Part shown: piece by piece, positions 37,490 through 52,165 of the stretch
Layout: each line of letters begins with the position of its first letter
Position numbering within the stretch: the stretch's first letter is position 1
Notes under the pieces: model-generated
Database searches by the model: none
Seen by the model: only the letters and a program-made list of their open reading frames with translations
What the model was told of the DNA's origin: nothing
Made by a program: the position numbers and the translations under genes
Assembly (NCBI RefSeq): GCF_006345805.1
Contig: NC_043013.1
Coordinates: forward strand, 40,734,001 to 40,798,000
DNA: 64,000 bases
DNA from: Octopus sinensis
Lineage: Eukaryota
Reading direction: 5' to 3'

Positions 37490-38879
37490 GTATATTTATT
37501 TATAGTTGTATATATGCAGACATATTATACATCTAAGTATGTATTTAAACACACATATATATTTCTAAGTATGTATTTATATATACATATATATATAGTT
37601 GACATACTCACACACACACACACACACGTGTATGTATGTGTGTATGTATATGTATATATATGCATACATGTGTACATATATCTAATGTTACAAATACCTG
37701 TGACATGTTTACTTAGGGTGTGTGTACAGGTAAGTCTACCATCATTTGCAACACTGGACTCATTGATAAGGATGATAAAATATCAATGCTAATAGTGACG
37801 TACAAGTGGTGGAAGGAATGGGAGAAGGTGGGGTGTAAAGTCATGAAAATTGTGTTCCATTTCATTTTTGACTTTCATTTTCTGTTTTACAATTGCTTTT
37901 ATTTTTTTGTTTTTTATACAAAAATTTCCTTCTAAATCGTGTTGACAACACAAATTCCTAACCACATACCAAGGCCAACTCTTGCTATTTCTATTGTGTT
38001 TTAGTCATAGTTTGAATGATAAAGTGAAATATGATCACATTCTGTAAACCCAAGAACTTGCCCTCAAAACATTTAGTCCACCTAAATATGTTGTTGTTGT
38101 TGTTCCCCTTCCTGTTTATAGCTGTTAGCTTGATAAACCACCTTTCCAAATAGAAATATGATATTGCTTTCAACTCATATATCATCATCAATATTTTTTT
38201 ATATGTTATATATAATTCTCTATGCTGGCATGGGTTGGCTAGGTCTATTCTAGCATGTCTCATTCTACTTTCTGTCATTCTGTTATCTAAAACATACAAT
38301 TATGCACAGAAAATAGTTTGTTGTTCTCTGTGTGGCATGGGTTTTCACACTATGATAACATTCATATCAGCAAAAACAATTTTATAATGTTAACTGGTTG
38401 CTAGTTTATCATAAAGAGGTTTCCTAAGCCTGTGTGTGTGTGTGTTTATACTCTATTATATGGGCCATCAAAAATGGTGTATCAATATTTCATGAGGCCA
38501 AGGCATGAGCTTGGAGCAACGGCAGAACATGGGCAAAATGCTCAGTAGCATTTCCTCCAGGGTTCAACTTTGGCATTCATCCTTTTGACGGTTGATAAAA
38601 TAAGTGCCAGTTGGGCACTGGGGTTGATGTAATCAGTTTATTCCTGCCCCCAAATTTGGTGGCCTTGTGCCAAAATATGAAATCATTATTATCATTAGGT
38701 CCCTCTTATGGCAGTATCATTAGTGCAGGTGTGGCTGTGTGGCGAGAAGCTTACTTTCCAACCACATGGTTCTGTGTTCAGTTCCACTGTATGGCACCTT
38801 GGGCAAGTGTCTTCTACTATAGTTGTGGACTGACCAGAGCCTTGTGAGTGGATTAGGTAGATGGAATCTGAAAAAAACC

Positions 38880-38945
<66 letters not shown>

Positions 38946-39409
38946 TATATATATGTATGTATGTATGTATATATTTGTGTGTTTGTGTGTGTGTTGTTCC
39001 TGCTACTATCACTTGACAACTGATGTTGGTATGTTTAGGTCCCTGTAACTTAGCGGTTCAACAAAGGTGACTGACAGAATAAGTACCAAACTTAAAAAGA
39101 ATAAGTCCTAGGGTCGATTTCTTCAACTAAAAAGATGGTGCTCTACAGAATAGCCAGAGTCAAACATGACTGAAACAAGTAAAAAAATAAAAGAATAAAG
39201 TGCGTCAAACAAAATGCTTAACTGCATTCCTTTCTGACTCTTTATATTCTAAATTCAAAACTTGCCAAGGTCAGCTCTGCCTTTCATCATTTCAGGGTTG
39301 ATAAAAATAGAAAAAAACGGAACCAGTCAGGTATCAAGGTTGATAGAACTGACAATCCTCTTCTACTAAAATTGCTGACATTTTTTTCTTCCTGTATTGT
39401 ATTTCAATT

Positions 39410-40002
39410 AATATATATACATATATATATACATACATACATACACACACACACACATATATATATATGCATACATACATATATATATACATACATATAT
39501 ATATGTATACATATATACATACATATATATACATATACATATACATACATATATATACATATACATATATACATACATATATATACATATACATATACAT
39601 ACATATATATAGATATACAGATGCTTACATATATATAGACACACATATACATACACACACACACATATATATATATACATATATATATATGTATCTATAT
39701 ATATATCTATATACATATATATATATACATACATATATACATACATATATATGGATATATATATAGACACACATATATATATATAGATATATATATACAT
39801 ACATATATATAGATATACATATATATAGACATACATATATATACATACATACATACATATATATATACATACATACATACATATATATAGATATACATAT
39901 ACATACACACATATATATATATATGTATACATATATATAGACATATACATACATATATAGACATATACATACATATATAGACATATACATACATACACAC
40001 AC

Positions 40003-40071
<69 letters not shown>

Positions 40072-40340
40072 CATACATATATACATACATATATATGGAT
40101 ATATATATAGACACACATATATATATATAGATATATATATATACATACATATATATAGATATACATATATATAGACATACATATATATATACATACATAC
40201 ATACATATATATAGATATACATATACATACACACATATATATATATATGTATACATATATATAGACATATACATACATATATAGACATATACATACATAT
40301 ATAGACATATACATACATACACACATACATATATACATGC
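39410..40340. repeat. Giant compound (TA/CA)n microsatellite adjoining a family-1 SINE head (40340-40500, -)
   Basis: Direct observation; other large tracts at 12490-12620, 18100-18400, 43480-43680, 58370-58900, 62700-63105. Confidence 0.95.
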
Positions 40341-40894
40341 GATGGGCTCCCGTACAGTTCAATTTCCATTTAACAAATTCACTCACAAAATATTCGTCAA
40401 TCTGCAGCTATAGTTACTATATTAGTAGATGTTTGTCTGAGGTGCCGTGCAGCGGAATTGTACCTGAATGCATATAGTTGCAAAGTGAATTTCATGACTA
40501 CAAAGTTTTTCCTGCTCCTAGCTCCATCAATTTCTCACTCCCCCCTCTTTGTGATCGGTTTGAAAATTTGTTAAGACACTAGGATATTTTCCTACTTTTC
40601 TTAACATGAAACCAATGGTAGCCTTCATTCACAAATGCAGTGTTCAGCCCTCATTTCCATTGTTCGGAATTTACATATATATTAGTAATTGTATGTTTGT
40701 TGTAATTAATCACTTCCTATTTAAATAGTAAATAACAAACTCTAAAATATCAGTTTGAAAATCGCTTTTAAGCAAGAAACTCCTATCAGAGTCACCTTTT
40801 GTAAACACCTAATAACTTATGAACATTCAATTTAATTGAAGTAGGAAAACTTATCAGAAAAGCTACCTCTATACATTTTTTCAAATATATATAT

Positions 40895-40928
<34 letters not shown>

Positions 40929-42122
40929 ACATACATAGCAGCAAAGCATACAAATGCACAAACAACTATATTAATAAACATACATATCCACACATCATAG
41001 CAAACACACACAACACACAGGAGCAGGAACCTTGATTTGCTAAAAATCACTCTGAAATCTCCTTCAATTCACATTCCACTTTCTTAAAATGGGCAAAGAG
41101 TTACATAAATCCCAGATACTTCCCTAAAAAATGTTGGATGGTCATGTGTGAAATGCCCTTGATTATAGGTCTGTTCAATCAGAGCTGACAGGTGAAAAAT
41201 AAATGTTAAATGTTACCATAACAACTAACGATACGGTTGACTAACTCCAATGCTACATAATTGCTCTATCTCTTTCTCTCATCTTGTGTTTCCTTGCTTC
41301 AGTGGTCAGTTATTTTTTTAAAAAAAGGCAACAAAAAATGGATCAGCTGACCTTTAAACAATGTCACTAACAGCTGGACAGAGTGACTCATTTAATGAAA
41401 TACTTCAGTGAGGAAAAATACCTTAAAAACCACACTTCTTAACCCACTTCTTGAATTTTAATTAATACCTTAGAAGGTCATGGTAGACTTGTACAAGACA
41501 TCAAAGAGAATTTTAATGTTGCTTGTTAGGGTCTGTCTGTATGCCTGTGTAATTGTATTCATGTATATTTGGCCAAGTGGTTGAGAGATTCACTGGCAAT
41601 CATGAGTTTGTGGGCTCAAGTCCACTGCATAGGATATGAGACAATTTGGCTCAGCTGTTTTGGCACCACCTACTTGTCATTCCTGATTCAATGTTGATTA
41701 TCTGACTTCTGACATTTTAATGCTGCTTTCTCTCTCTCTCACCTTCTCTCGCTCTCTCCCTCTCTCTTTCTCTCACTCTCTCCCTTTCTCCCATATTGTC
41801 TCTCTCTCTCTCATTCTCCCTCTCTCCCATGTTCTCTGTCTCTGTCTGTCTGTCTGTCTTTCTGTCTGTCTCTCTCTCTCTCTCTCTGAGCATGTTTCCA
41901 GTTTTTGCGTATGAGAAGGAAAGTGTTGATGCCAGTCATTTTCTATTAATAAATTGTAATGTCTCCTTCTCCTTGTCTCTCCATCTCTCTCTCTCTCTCT
42001 CTTCCTATCTGTATGTGTATATTTCTGCATGCATGTGTGTGTGCATGTGCGTGCACATACCTCTGGTGCCAAAAAGTACCGTAGCCAAAATAGACTGAAT
42101 ATCCAGTCAGCCATGTGCAAAT

Positions 42123-42380
42123 TGTGGAGGCGCATGGCTTAGTGGTTAGGGTGTCAGCATCATGATCGTAAGATTGTGGTTTCGATTCCTGGACCGGGCG
42201 ACGCATTGTGTTCTTGAGCAAAATACCTCATTTCACGTTGCTCCAGTCCACTCGGCTGGCAAAAATTAGTAACTCTGCGATGGACTGGCATCCCGTCCAG
42301 CTGGGGAACACATACGCCATTTAAACCGGGAAACTGGGCCCATGAGCCTGGCTAGGATTTAAAAGGGTGCATTTATTTTA
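42123..42380 (+). mobile_element. tRNA-derived SINE with a clear Pol III promoter
   Basis: A box TGGCTTAGTGG and B box GTTTCGATTCC followed by gttcttgagcaa..ac.tcatttcacgttgctccagtccactc; related copies at 56725-57070 and 61985-62430. Confidence 0.8.
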
Positions 42381-42773
42381 TGTGCAAATTACCAGACTGA
42401 CATACCCCTGAGAAGGTGATAGTCATAACTGGAATGCTTTTGATCATAAGTCTGTTTGATTGATGCTGACTTGGACCTAAACAACAACAACAATTAAGGA
42501 CAAGAAATTCTGTGAACCCATGGTAAACTGGTTAATCACGTTTGCCCAAGATGTGGAATCAAACCTGGAACATCATGACTTTGAAACCAAATTTCTCAAC
42601 AGTTCAGCAATGCTGTGTGCCTAAGCTACATTGGTTCTGATTAGCAATAAAAGAAGGGGTGGTCCTGGCTAGAAAGCCTTTTGATCATATTTCTGCTTGG
42701 TCAGAGCTGAAGTGAGGTTAAACAGTTGAGTCATCATTAGTGTGTCTAAATAATCACTGAAGTGTTATCTTAA

Positions 42774-42814
<41 letters not shown>

Positions 42815-43137
42815 AAGGGAGAGAGAGTCAGACAGACAGAGAAAGAGAGAAAAAGAAAAGTGGGTGGATCAATACACTGAAGTAATTTGTTAAGGCCATC
42901 ATTGTCATTGTCATCATCATCATCATCATGTTACATGGCCCACCACCATCACCAGCAGCAGCATCACCGTCACAGACATTGTTGTCATGGCCATAACAGT
43001 GATCCGATTTCTGTTCCTGAGTCTTTGGTCATGCTCCATTGCTGCTGTTGAGAAGCAATGTTTTGTTGCACAATCTAGCAACAGTTGGAAGTGGTACTAA
43101 TAATAGTAGATACCAGTAGTAATAATAGTAGTAGTAA

Positions 43138-43173
<36 letters not shown>

Positions 43174-44101
43174 GAATAGTTGTAGTGGTATTATTTGTAG
43201 TGGTGGCGGCGATGGTGGGTGGTGACGGTAGTTGTAATAAATAGTAAGTTGGTAACTTTAGTTATGCTAAAAATTTTTTTAGGTCAGCAAAAAGAGGGTG
43301 GAGAGTGTGGAGAAAGAAGTGGGGAGGCAGAGATTACACACACACACACGCACGCACGCACGCACGCACGCACGCACTCACAAGAATTTAACTGATTTCC
43401 TTTTCAGATATCTTACCTAAGTATATTTCAAGGGTGGGGTTAAATCTACGCTCTCTCTCATATAATGTATGTGTATGTTATATATATATATATACATATA
43501 TACATACATACATATACATATATATATATACACATATATATATATACACATACATACATATACATATATACACACATATATATATACACATACCTACATA
43601 TACATATATACACACATATATATATATATACATACATATACACATAAATATATATACATACATACATACATACATATTAAATGAGAGGGAGAGAGGCAGA
43701 TAGACAGTGAGAGAGTGACAGAGGGACAGAAAGACAAACATACACACCCACACATGCCCGTGTGTCTTAACCTGTCTATATATTATCTCTTTATATTCTG
43801 TATTTCTTCCTCTACATATTTATCCTCTCACTCTCTCACACACACACATGCACACATACACACAACGGCCTTCTGCACAGTTTTCATCTTATCAAATTCA
43901 CTCACAAGGCAGTGGTTGGCTGAGGTCATAACAAAAGATATTCACCCAAGTTTCCACAGAATGAGATTGAACCCGAACCCATGTGGTTGCAAAGCAAACT
44001 GCTTAACCACACAGCCATGCCTGCCCCAAGTGAAATGATTCAGTAAGGATCAGTAAAACGACTAATATCAATCTTGTCTTTGTCCACCTGTAATTTCTAC
44101 A

Positions 44102-44267
44102 TATAGGCGCAGGAGTGGCTGTGTGGTAAGTAGCTTGCTAACCAACCGCATGGTTCCGGGTTCAGTCCCACTGCGTGGCATCTTGGGCAAGTGTCTTCTG
44201 CTATAGCCCCAGGCCGACCAATACCTTGTGAGTGGATTTGGTAGACAGAAACTGAAAGAAGCCTGTC

Positions 44268-44319
<52 letters not shown>

Positions 44320-44490
44320 ATGTATGTGTTTGTGTTTGTCTCCCTAGCATTGCTTGACAACTGATGCAAAAGAGACCGATATTATAAGTACTGGGCTTAC
44401 AAAGAATAAGTCCCCGGGTCGATTTGCTTGACTAAAGGTGGTGCTCCAGCATGGCCGCAGTCAAATGTCTGAAACAAGTAAAAGAGTATA
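44102..44490 (+). mobile_element. tRNA-derived SINE family 1, young copy
   Basis: ataggcgcaggagtggctgtgtggtaagtagcttgc...ggttcagtcccactgcgtggc...tail gaaacaagtaaaagagt; small internal deletion. Confidence 0.92.
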
Positions 44491-44924
44491 TAAAATTCTT
44501 TGTCTTCTTGTCTGTTCCTTATCCATTCTCAAACAGCTCGATGAAATCAAATTTTACAAGGTAATAGCGTTACACCCTGTGAATGTCAACATGTAATTTT
44601 CTTTTTCATTTGCATTAAAACAATATGACATTTTATAGAAATAATCTTTCTATAGTCAACTATAATGAAGGACATTTTATACCAAGACAAGGATGACATA
44701 TGAGCGTGTATGCAAGTGAGTGTATGACTGAATGTGCGTATTTTCAGCATCAGGTACATTATTAAACATACACACACACATCTAGACATACATAAACATA
44801 TGTGGTGACTAACATGCGCGAATGTATGTCTATGTATGTCTCTCTTAATGTATGTATGTGAGTGTAACCGACAGAGTGCCAGATACATATATAAGTAATA
44901 CTTTTAATTTTGATTAAAACACAT

Positions 44925-45332
44925 ATAGGCGTAGGAGTGGCTGTGTGGTAAGTAGCTTGTTTACCAACCACATGGTTCCGAGTTCAGTCCCACTGCGTGG
45001 CTCCTTGGGCAAGTGTCTTCTACTATAGCCTCGGGCCGACCAAAGCCTTGTGAGTGGATTTGGTAGACGGAAACTGAAAGAAGCCCGTCGTATATATGTA
45101 TATATATGTATGTGCGTGTATGTTTGTATGTCTGTGTTTGTCCCCCTAGCATTGCTTGACAACCAATGCTGGTGTGTTTATGTCCCCGTCACTTAGCGGT
45201 TTGGCAAAAGAGACCGATAGAATAAGTACTGGGCTTACAAAGAATAAGTCCCGGGGTCGAGTTGCTCGATTAAAGGCGGTGCTCCAGCATGGCCGCAGTC
45301 AAAATGACTGAAACAAGTAAAAAGAGAGAGAA
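44925..45332 (+). mobile_element. tRNA-derived SINE family 1, full-length young copy
   Basis: Complete head, CORE-like ttgggcaagtgtctt segment, short TA tract and tail; CpGs retained. Confidence 0.93.
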
Positions 45333-45723
45333 AGATATCTACACATACATATGTGACGACTGACAAACCAAATGAAGTGAAAAGCTATGCTTGTGTTTGA
45401 GACACACACACACATCTACGCATACATATACTTATGTGATTGTATGTCTGTGTGTCTCTCTTACTATATGTATGTGAGTGTATGTGACAGTGTATGTATA
45501 TGTGTGTCAGTATATGAGTGTGTATTTGTCTGTGAGTCTGTGTGTGTTTCTGTGTTAGATACGTTATTAAACACATCTACACATACATATGACAACTGAC
45601 ATATGTGAATGTATGCCTGTGTGTGTGTGTCTGTCTTAGTATATGTATGTGACTGTATGTAAGAGTGTATGTGTGATAACTTTTATTTCCATTTGGATTA
45701 AAACACACATCTACACACATATC

Positions 45724-46212
45724 TGTTCAATACCCTGTTGAATTTCTGAACACACTCAAACCCACTGGGATGCTGCCGCAAAACTTCACACTAAAGCTGG
45801 GTACTCCCATTATGTTGCTTAGGAATCTTGACCCACCTCACCTGTGTAATGGATCTTGCTTAATTGTTACTTCCATGAAGCCCCATATCCTAGAGGCAAC
45901 AATCATAACAGCTTTGGTAGTTACAAAGAAGAAAATGTCTTTATTCCAAAATTTTCTCTCATACCTACTGATGTTCTACTTGAATTTAAGAGGCTTCAGT
46001 TTCCAGTCAAATAAAGTTTAGGTATTTTAATTAACAAATCTCAGAGTCAATCCCTCAAAGTAGTTGGACTTTATCTCTCTACTACATGCTTCTCCCACAG
46101 CCAACTCTATGTTGCTTGCTCATGAGTTAGAAGCAGCAACAATTTGTTCATTTGGACACTAACAAAAAATTGCACAGTGAATATTGTTTACCCTGAGGTG
46201 CTTCAAGATTGA
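45724..46212 (+). mobile_element. Helitron PIF1-like helicase C-terminal fragment (pseudogenised)
   Basis: QYPVEFLNTLKPTGM..PIMLLRNLDPPHLCNG; after a frameshift FKRLQFPVK*..INKSQSQSLKVVGL..CFSHSQLYVACS*V..NIVYPEVLQD. Confidence 0.92.
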
Positions 46213-47769
46213 CAGATTTTCAGTTCTAAATTCTATTATCAATACAATTTGGATATTTTAAAATAAAATATAGATATTTTGAAATAATTTGCCAATAAGG
46301 TCAGCAAATCTAACAGAGGCCTCAAAAGATATTTTAAGATCCACAAAGATCAGAACTTAACTGCAGCTCTTGGTGGTCCAAATCAGATATGCTATCTCTG
46401 TGGATGCCTATTCAAAATATTGTCTAGTTTAAAAAGCCACATCAGATGCTATGATGGTTCTAAGGTGTAGGTACATGAGGTGGTCAAACTCTGCATAAGG
46501 AGTAGACAACCACCATATATATATATGTAAATATACATGTATGTATGTATATGTACGGTGGGCTTCTTTCAATTTCCTTTGATCAAATCCACTCACAAGG
46601 CTTTGATCAGTCCAGGACTATATCAGAAAACACTTACCCAAGGTGCCATGCAGCAGGACTGAACCTGAAACCATGTGGTTGGAATGCAAACTTCTTAACC
46701 ACACAGCCATGCTTGCATCTAATGAACAAATGAGAGAATTTCTATATGATTACTGACTAGATGGAAATAGCAGTCAAGTCACCTAAAAATCATTCCTTGC
46801 TCTCTTGCGTTCCAACCACATGGTTCTGGGTTCAGTCCCACTTGTGGCACCTTGGGCAAGTGTTTCTTACTGTAGCCTCAAAGCTTTGTAAGTGGATTTG
46901 GTAGATGGAAACTGAAAGAAGCAGGTTGAATTACCAACCAAATAAAAGCTCATCTGTTATGAACAAAGGTAGAAATTTGGGGATTGGCATTTATGACAGT
47001 CAGGTGTGTTTTGACAGAGTGGGTTTTAGCTGCTGTTTCCCAAACGGCTGAGTGAACAAAGAAGACAATTTGAGGATTGGTACCTGGTATTTAAGCAGAT
47101 CAATTTTCCCCCAACCCCAAAATTTAGTTCGTTGTAGACATGAACTATAATTACAAAGGGTGGAGGCAAACTAGAAATTTAGGAAAATATGTGTAAGAAG
47201 TTACACCCAGCTTGTCATATGAAAAAATAAACTGGCCTTGTTATCTTGAGTCAGATCATGTCAGCAATTCACACTCATGTCCTTTTCTTTGTCTGCTATG
47301 TGCATGCATGTCTATAAAGCTCTGACTAGATCTACATGTATATATTTCTACTACTGTATATCTATTATATAAAATAGACCTGTGTATGTACATGAGTGTG
47401 TGTGTATTTGCCTTTCTTGTGAAAACAGCTGCACAAATTGGTTTCATACTTGAGGTGCATGAATAATTTGACCTCAGATGCATAATAGGGTCTTCATTGA
47501 TTTTTCTTATTAAAACTAAATAAAGTAAATGATATTGCCTTATATATCCGATTCACTTCTTTAAAAAGGTTTCCCATTGTCAACTTACAGGTTTTTCAAT
47601 GTTTACTTCCAGTATTGATGTAGCAACTACTGTTACCTAGACATGCACATGTATATATAACCACTTCTATTTCATTTCAGAACCGGAGTTCTTGAGTATT
47701 AAAAGTATTACTTTCTGAGAAATACCCTAATCTTACACTACAAGCAGCAAACAGTATTGTGTTAAGGCT

Positions 47770-47862
47770 ATGAGTTTATAACTCGAGTTTATAATCTGAG
47801 TTTATAATCAGAGTTTATAACCAGAGTTTATAACCCGAGTTTATAACTTGAGTTTATAACCC
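47770..47862. repeat. 12-bp tandem array (gagtttataacc-like, about 7-8 units)
   Basis: Direct observation. Confidence 0.9.
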
Positions 47863-50800
47863 AACTTCTGCTTGTATTATATAAATATATATTTGGAGCA
47901 TAATTCATAAGGTCATGCATTCTATTGGTGGAGGTGTTTAGAGTTGTTGATTAAATTAAATTAAATCAACTAGTATTTTCTTATAACAGACTCTGGAAGA
48001 ATAAAAAGGAAAAACTGATCATGGTCCACCATAGCTAATTTCACCTTTCCTTTAAAGTAACGTATATTACTGCTGAGATATTTCTTATGAGTGTGCATGT
48101 ATATGTACGAATGCATGCATGTATGCATGAGTATGTGATAGATGCATAAATAGACAAACATACATATATACACAAATATGTACATACACACATGTATACA
48201 AATATGTATGCATACATATATATATGTATTTACCAGGCAGTTCTCTGCTAATTCTTCTTTAGATGACACAGGCCATCTGCTGCCTGAGTTCGATCCAAGG
48301 ACACCTAATAGCTCTATCCTTCTTACATATATCTAAAATGTTCGCAGCTGTGATTGCAAAACTAGAGCCATTCAAGGCTTACTGGTCCTGATGGTAAACT
48401 AGTCATTGTTTTGAAGTGATGAAACCCTGAATTAGTCCCACTTCTTTTGAAGTAGATCAATTAGTCCTTCATCAGAAGAAAAATAAAGGAGGAGAATGAA
48501 TGAGAAAAAAATGGCTGGAAGAAGAGAAAATATGTGAATTGTGTCTCTCAGTTTTCATAGAATGGAACTCAAAGGATTGGCTTCAAGAAGGGCATCCAGC
48601 CATAAAGCACTACTTCAAAAAGTCCCATCCAACATAAACCAGCATAGAAAAGCAGACTCACAAAACAGTGTGTGAGTACATGCATTTGTGTTTATATACT
48701 GGTGTAAAATTGTATGTAATTTTACTATCAAAGGGAAGGTAACTCAAAAGAGTAATTCATCTTTTAAATATATAGAGGCTGTAGATGTGTGGTAAGAAGC
48801 TTGCTTCCAAACTATGTGGTTTCAGGTTCAGTCTCACTACATAGTACTTTGGGCAAGTGCCTTGTGCCAATGAAAGCCTGATAAGTGGATTTGGTAGTCA
48901 GAAACTGAAAGAAGCCCTTTGTGTGTGTGTGTGCATATAGTTTGAATTTACAGAAACAAAAGATGAAGACAGGTAAAGGAACAACAAGCAGATGTATTAG
49001 TTTGATACTGGGGAAGAATGGAAGGTGTGTGTGAGTGTGTGTGTGTATTGTCCCCTAACCACAGCTTGATAACAGGTGTTGGTTTTTGTACTTTCTGTAT
49101 CTGAGCAAATTAATAAAAGAAACCAATAGAATAAATACCAGGCTTTAAAAAAAACAAAAACAACAAAATAAATACTGAGCTTGATGTGTTTGACTAAACC
49201 CTTAAAGGCAGGGCCCCAGCATGGCCACAGTCTAATGGCTGTAACAGATAAAAGAAAATGATAAAAATGAATACGGGACTAAATACTAGAATTGTTGTGA
49301 CAGTGCCCCAGCATGGCCAAAACCCAACAATTGAAAGCCGTGAAAATAAAAGAAAGAAAATATCATAGAATCGCCATCAATGTGGTTCTGGTGTGAATTT
49401 ACACAAACGGAAATGAGAAATATCTTTGTTTGGCACTTATCTTTCCCAAACCACAAATGCATGGACAGCAAACACAAAAACCATGACAGACTCAAACCAG
49501 AAGTTGACAAAGATGACGACAAAACCAGGGATTTTGACGGCGACTTATTCTTGAGGGAGGGCACTGAATAAGAGACAGTCCATGTAAACAAAGTCTAGGA
49601 AAAGAATGGGTGTATGTCTTGATAATCGTATTGCATTTGATGCACAATACACATAGGCTGCAACTGATACTGCATCCACCCTAGCATATCCTGAAGCTGC
49701 ACTCTTCACAGTATGCTCCCTGTCTCTCTCTTGTTTTTGAGTGTGTATACATACATACGTAGACACAGAGAAGGACAGTCTGCCATCTTACTTATATCAA
49801 TACATATATGTTACTCCACCTCAATTTTGTAAAGCAATTTAAAATTTGCAGTCTAAATAAATAAACATACATACATAACATATACACACACAACCACACA
49901 CACATCACATAAGCATACACAACCTTATGTACAAAAATAGAAAAATACAAAAGCACACATATAAATGTATATATGCATGAGCATATACAGACACATGCGC
50001 ATACCTATGTGTATATATGCATGTGTATATATATATATATATATACATATATGTGTATATCTATCTATCTGTCTCTCTTTCATCATCTTCATTTAGTGTC
50101 TGTTTTCCATGCTGGTATGGGTTGCAGGGGAGGATCCAGGATATTTTTTGTTTTTTTGGGTGTTGCCCAAAACAAATATGGCATCTGAAAATATCAACAA
50201 ACATAGCATGTGCACTCTAGAGGGCAGGCTGGGCAGGCTGGGCAACACCTAGTAGGTCCAGCAACTATTCTTGTAAGAGTTGACTGTTGCCTGAAAAACC
50301 TTGCTCCTGATGTTTTTGGGGGTCAGCTCAGCTATAAGGGGTGTTGCTCAGGAGAGTTGATTTGTTTGTTTTGGCATAGTTTCTACTGCTGGATGCCCTT
50401 CCTCATGCCAACACCTTTACAGAGTGTACTGCTTTTACACAGCACTGGTACAGGTGCATTTTACATGGCACCGGCACCCATGCACCCACAAGATTACGAA
50501 TGCTCAGCTGAAGAGGGATGCAGGGGACATGCCTGTATGCAAGGATGACCACATATTTAGTGAGCTTGAGGAGTCTTCCTTCTTGAGGACAGCAAACCAC
50601 CAGGAGTGTCAGTCCCTGTCTACCCCCCTGTGAGGTCCAGCATCTGAAGATCCTTACATACATGTATGTATGCTTGTGTGTGCATATACATTTAAAAATG
50701 CACACACTCTGAACAACCAGCTCTAGGATTGCACATAAATGATCTTCTGCAGTCTTGTATCTCTGGGCAATAATCTCTCTTCTCCTCATCTCTCCTACTA

Positions 50801-51929
50801 CTTCTATAACATCCTCTGCTTCCCTGAACAACAAACTAAGCTACACACCCCTCACCCCACTTTCTGGAATGCCCCCCCCCATTTACTTTTATCTTTCCTC
50901 TTAAAATTTTTTTTTTCTTTTGACTGCAGAACATCAAACATAATGTAATGATTGATACATGAAGAGCTATGTTTCAATGTTCATGCTGTAACATACCTTT
51001 GAGTAAATTATAAGTTTTTAGCTGATACTGCAAGGTGTAATTAAATTAAATCAAAAACACTGACTGATTGTAAACAAATGTCTTTTATGCAATCAGTTCA
51101 TGGACAAAAAAGAAGGGATCAGTCTAATCAGTTTCAGTGCCTTTTGCTATTTCTTCAGGAACCAAGTACCTGTCTTTTGCTGTTCACGAAGATTCTGTAT
51201 CATTAGCCACTGGAATCAACAGACTGAATTGGTATGTATAATTTTGCTTAATTACACAGTTGGTTAAAACCTTTGATTTACTCTAACACAAATTTAATAA
51301 GTTTAAACTTCATTAATTGAATTAGCAATCAGCAATTCATTATTTATGCAAATCAGAATCTCCAATTTAGTGAGGCCCTTAATCTGAACAGCTACAAGCC
51401 AAATGTCCATGAACAGGCACAAATGGACACTTGATTCCTGAATGGATTCCCAAAAGGCTGAAGCCTTTCAAAGGGATCCCTATTTTCTTGTCTATGTAGA
51501 GAGCGTATTGAGCTTTAGGAGATTGAAATGTAAAACTGTTTAAAGTTTAGTTCCTGTCAGAACCAAAGATGGAAATAGCTAATACACAGCACATTACTAA
51601 TTTTGACATAGTAGTAGTGTGCTGGTGGTACCTAATCAATGATGGCAGAGCTGATGAATGTGACCCAGTGGATCATTAAGTGCAAGATGCTAGCCCTGAA
51701 GTGCCACCAAGCTACAGTCCTTACGTTAGGTTTGGTGTTAGTAGGAGGAGGACCAGTAGAAAATTGGAAAATGAACAAACAAATACCTAATGGAATCTTA
51801 ACATGCAAATACATCATTGAACGAAATGACCCAGCAGATTGTGACTGGGGATATGGAAAAGAAAAAACAAAGGTGTTGCAATCAACATTGCAACGCCTGA
51901 GGAACACACATTAATAACCAAAATAAATT

Positions 51930-52165
51930 TAAGACAATTTAAGTTCTCAAGACTCAAAGTGTCACGGCAGTAATCCAGCTCCTACCAAACATGCTGTACC
52001 ATGTCTTGCGTAGCATTCTTCAGTGCCTCAGTGATTCTCTGTTTCAGTTCCTCTAGGCTTGTAGAAAGAGACAAGGATATAGACCAGTCCTTTCACAAAG
52101 CCCCATAGAAAAAAATCATAAGGTGTCAAATCAGGCGAACTTATCAGGTGAACTTGGTGGCCATT
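51930..52165 (-). mobile_element. Tc1/mariner transposase C-terminal fragment
   Basis: Reverse translation WPPSSPD..SPDLTPYDFFLWGFVKGLVY, with stops downstream. Confidence 0.8.

Noticed and set aside
42123-42200. Possible tRNA gene (also the heads at 44102, 44925 and 55008)
   Set aside because: A/B boxes are present, but I see no complete cloverleaf or acceptor stem, and the sequence runs directly into SINE body
49286-49766. Overlapping short ORFs on both strands with some CpGs
   Set aside because: No recognisable motif, and in-frame stops bound all readings; cannot be supported as coding
51639-51914. 91-aa plus ORF (…CDWGYGKEKTKVLQSTLQRLRNTH)
   Set aside because: No homology recognised; it abuts a decayed Tc1/mariner fragment and is probably TE-derived or chance
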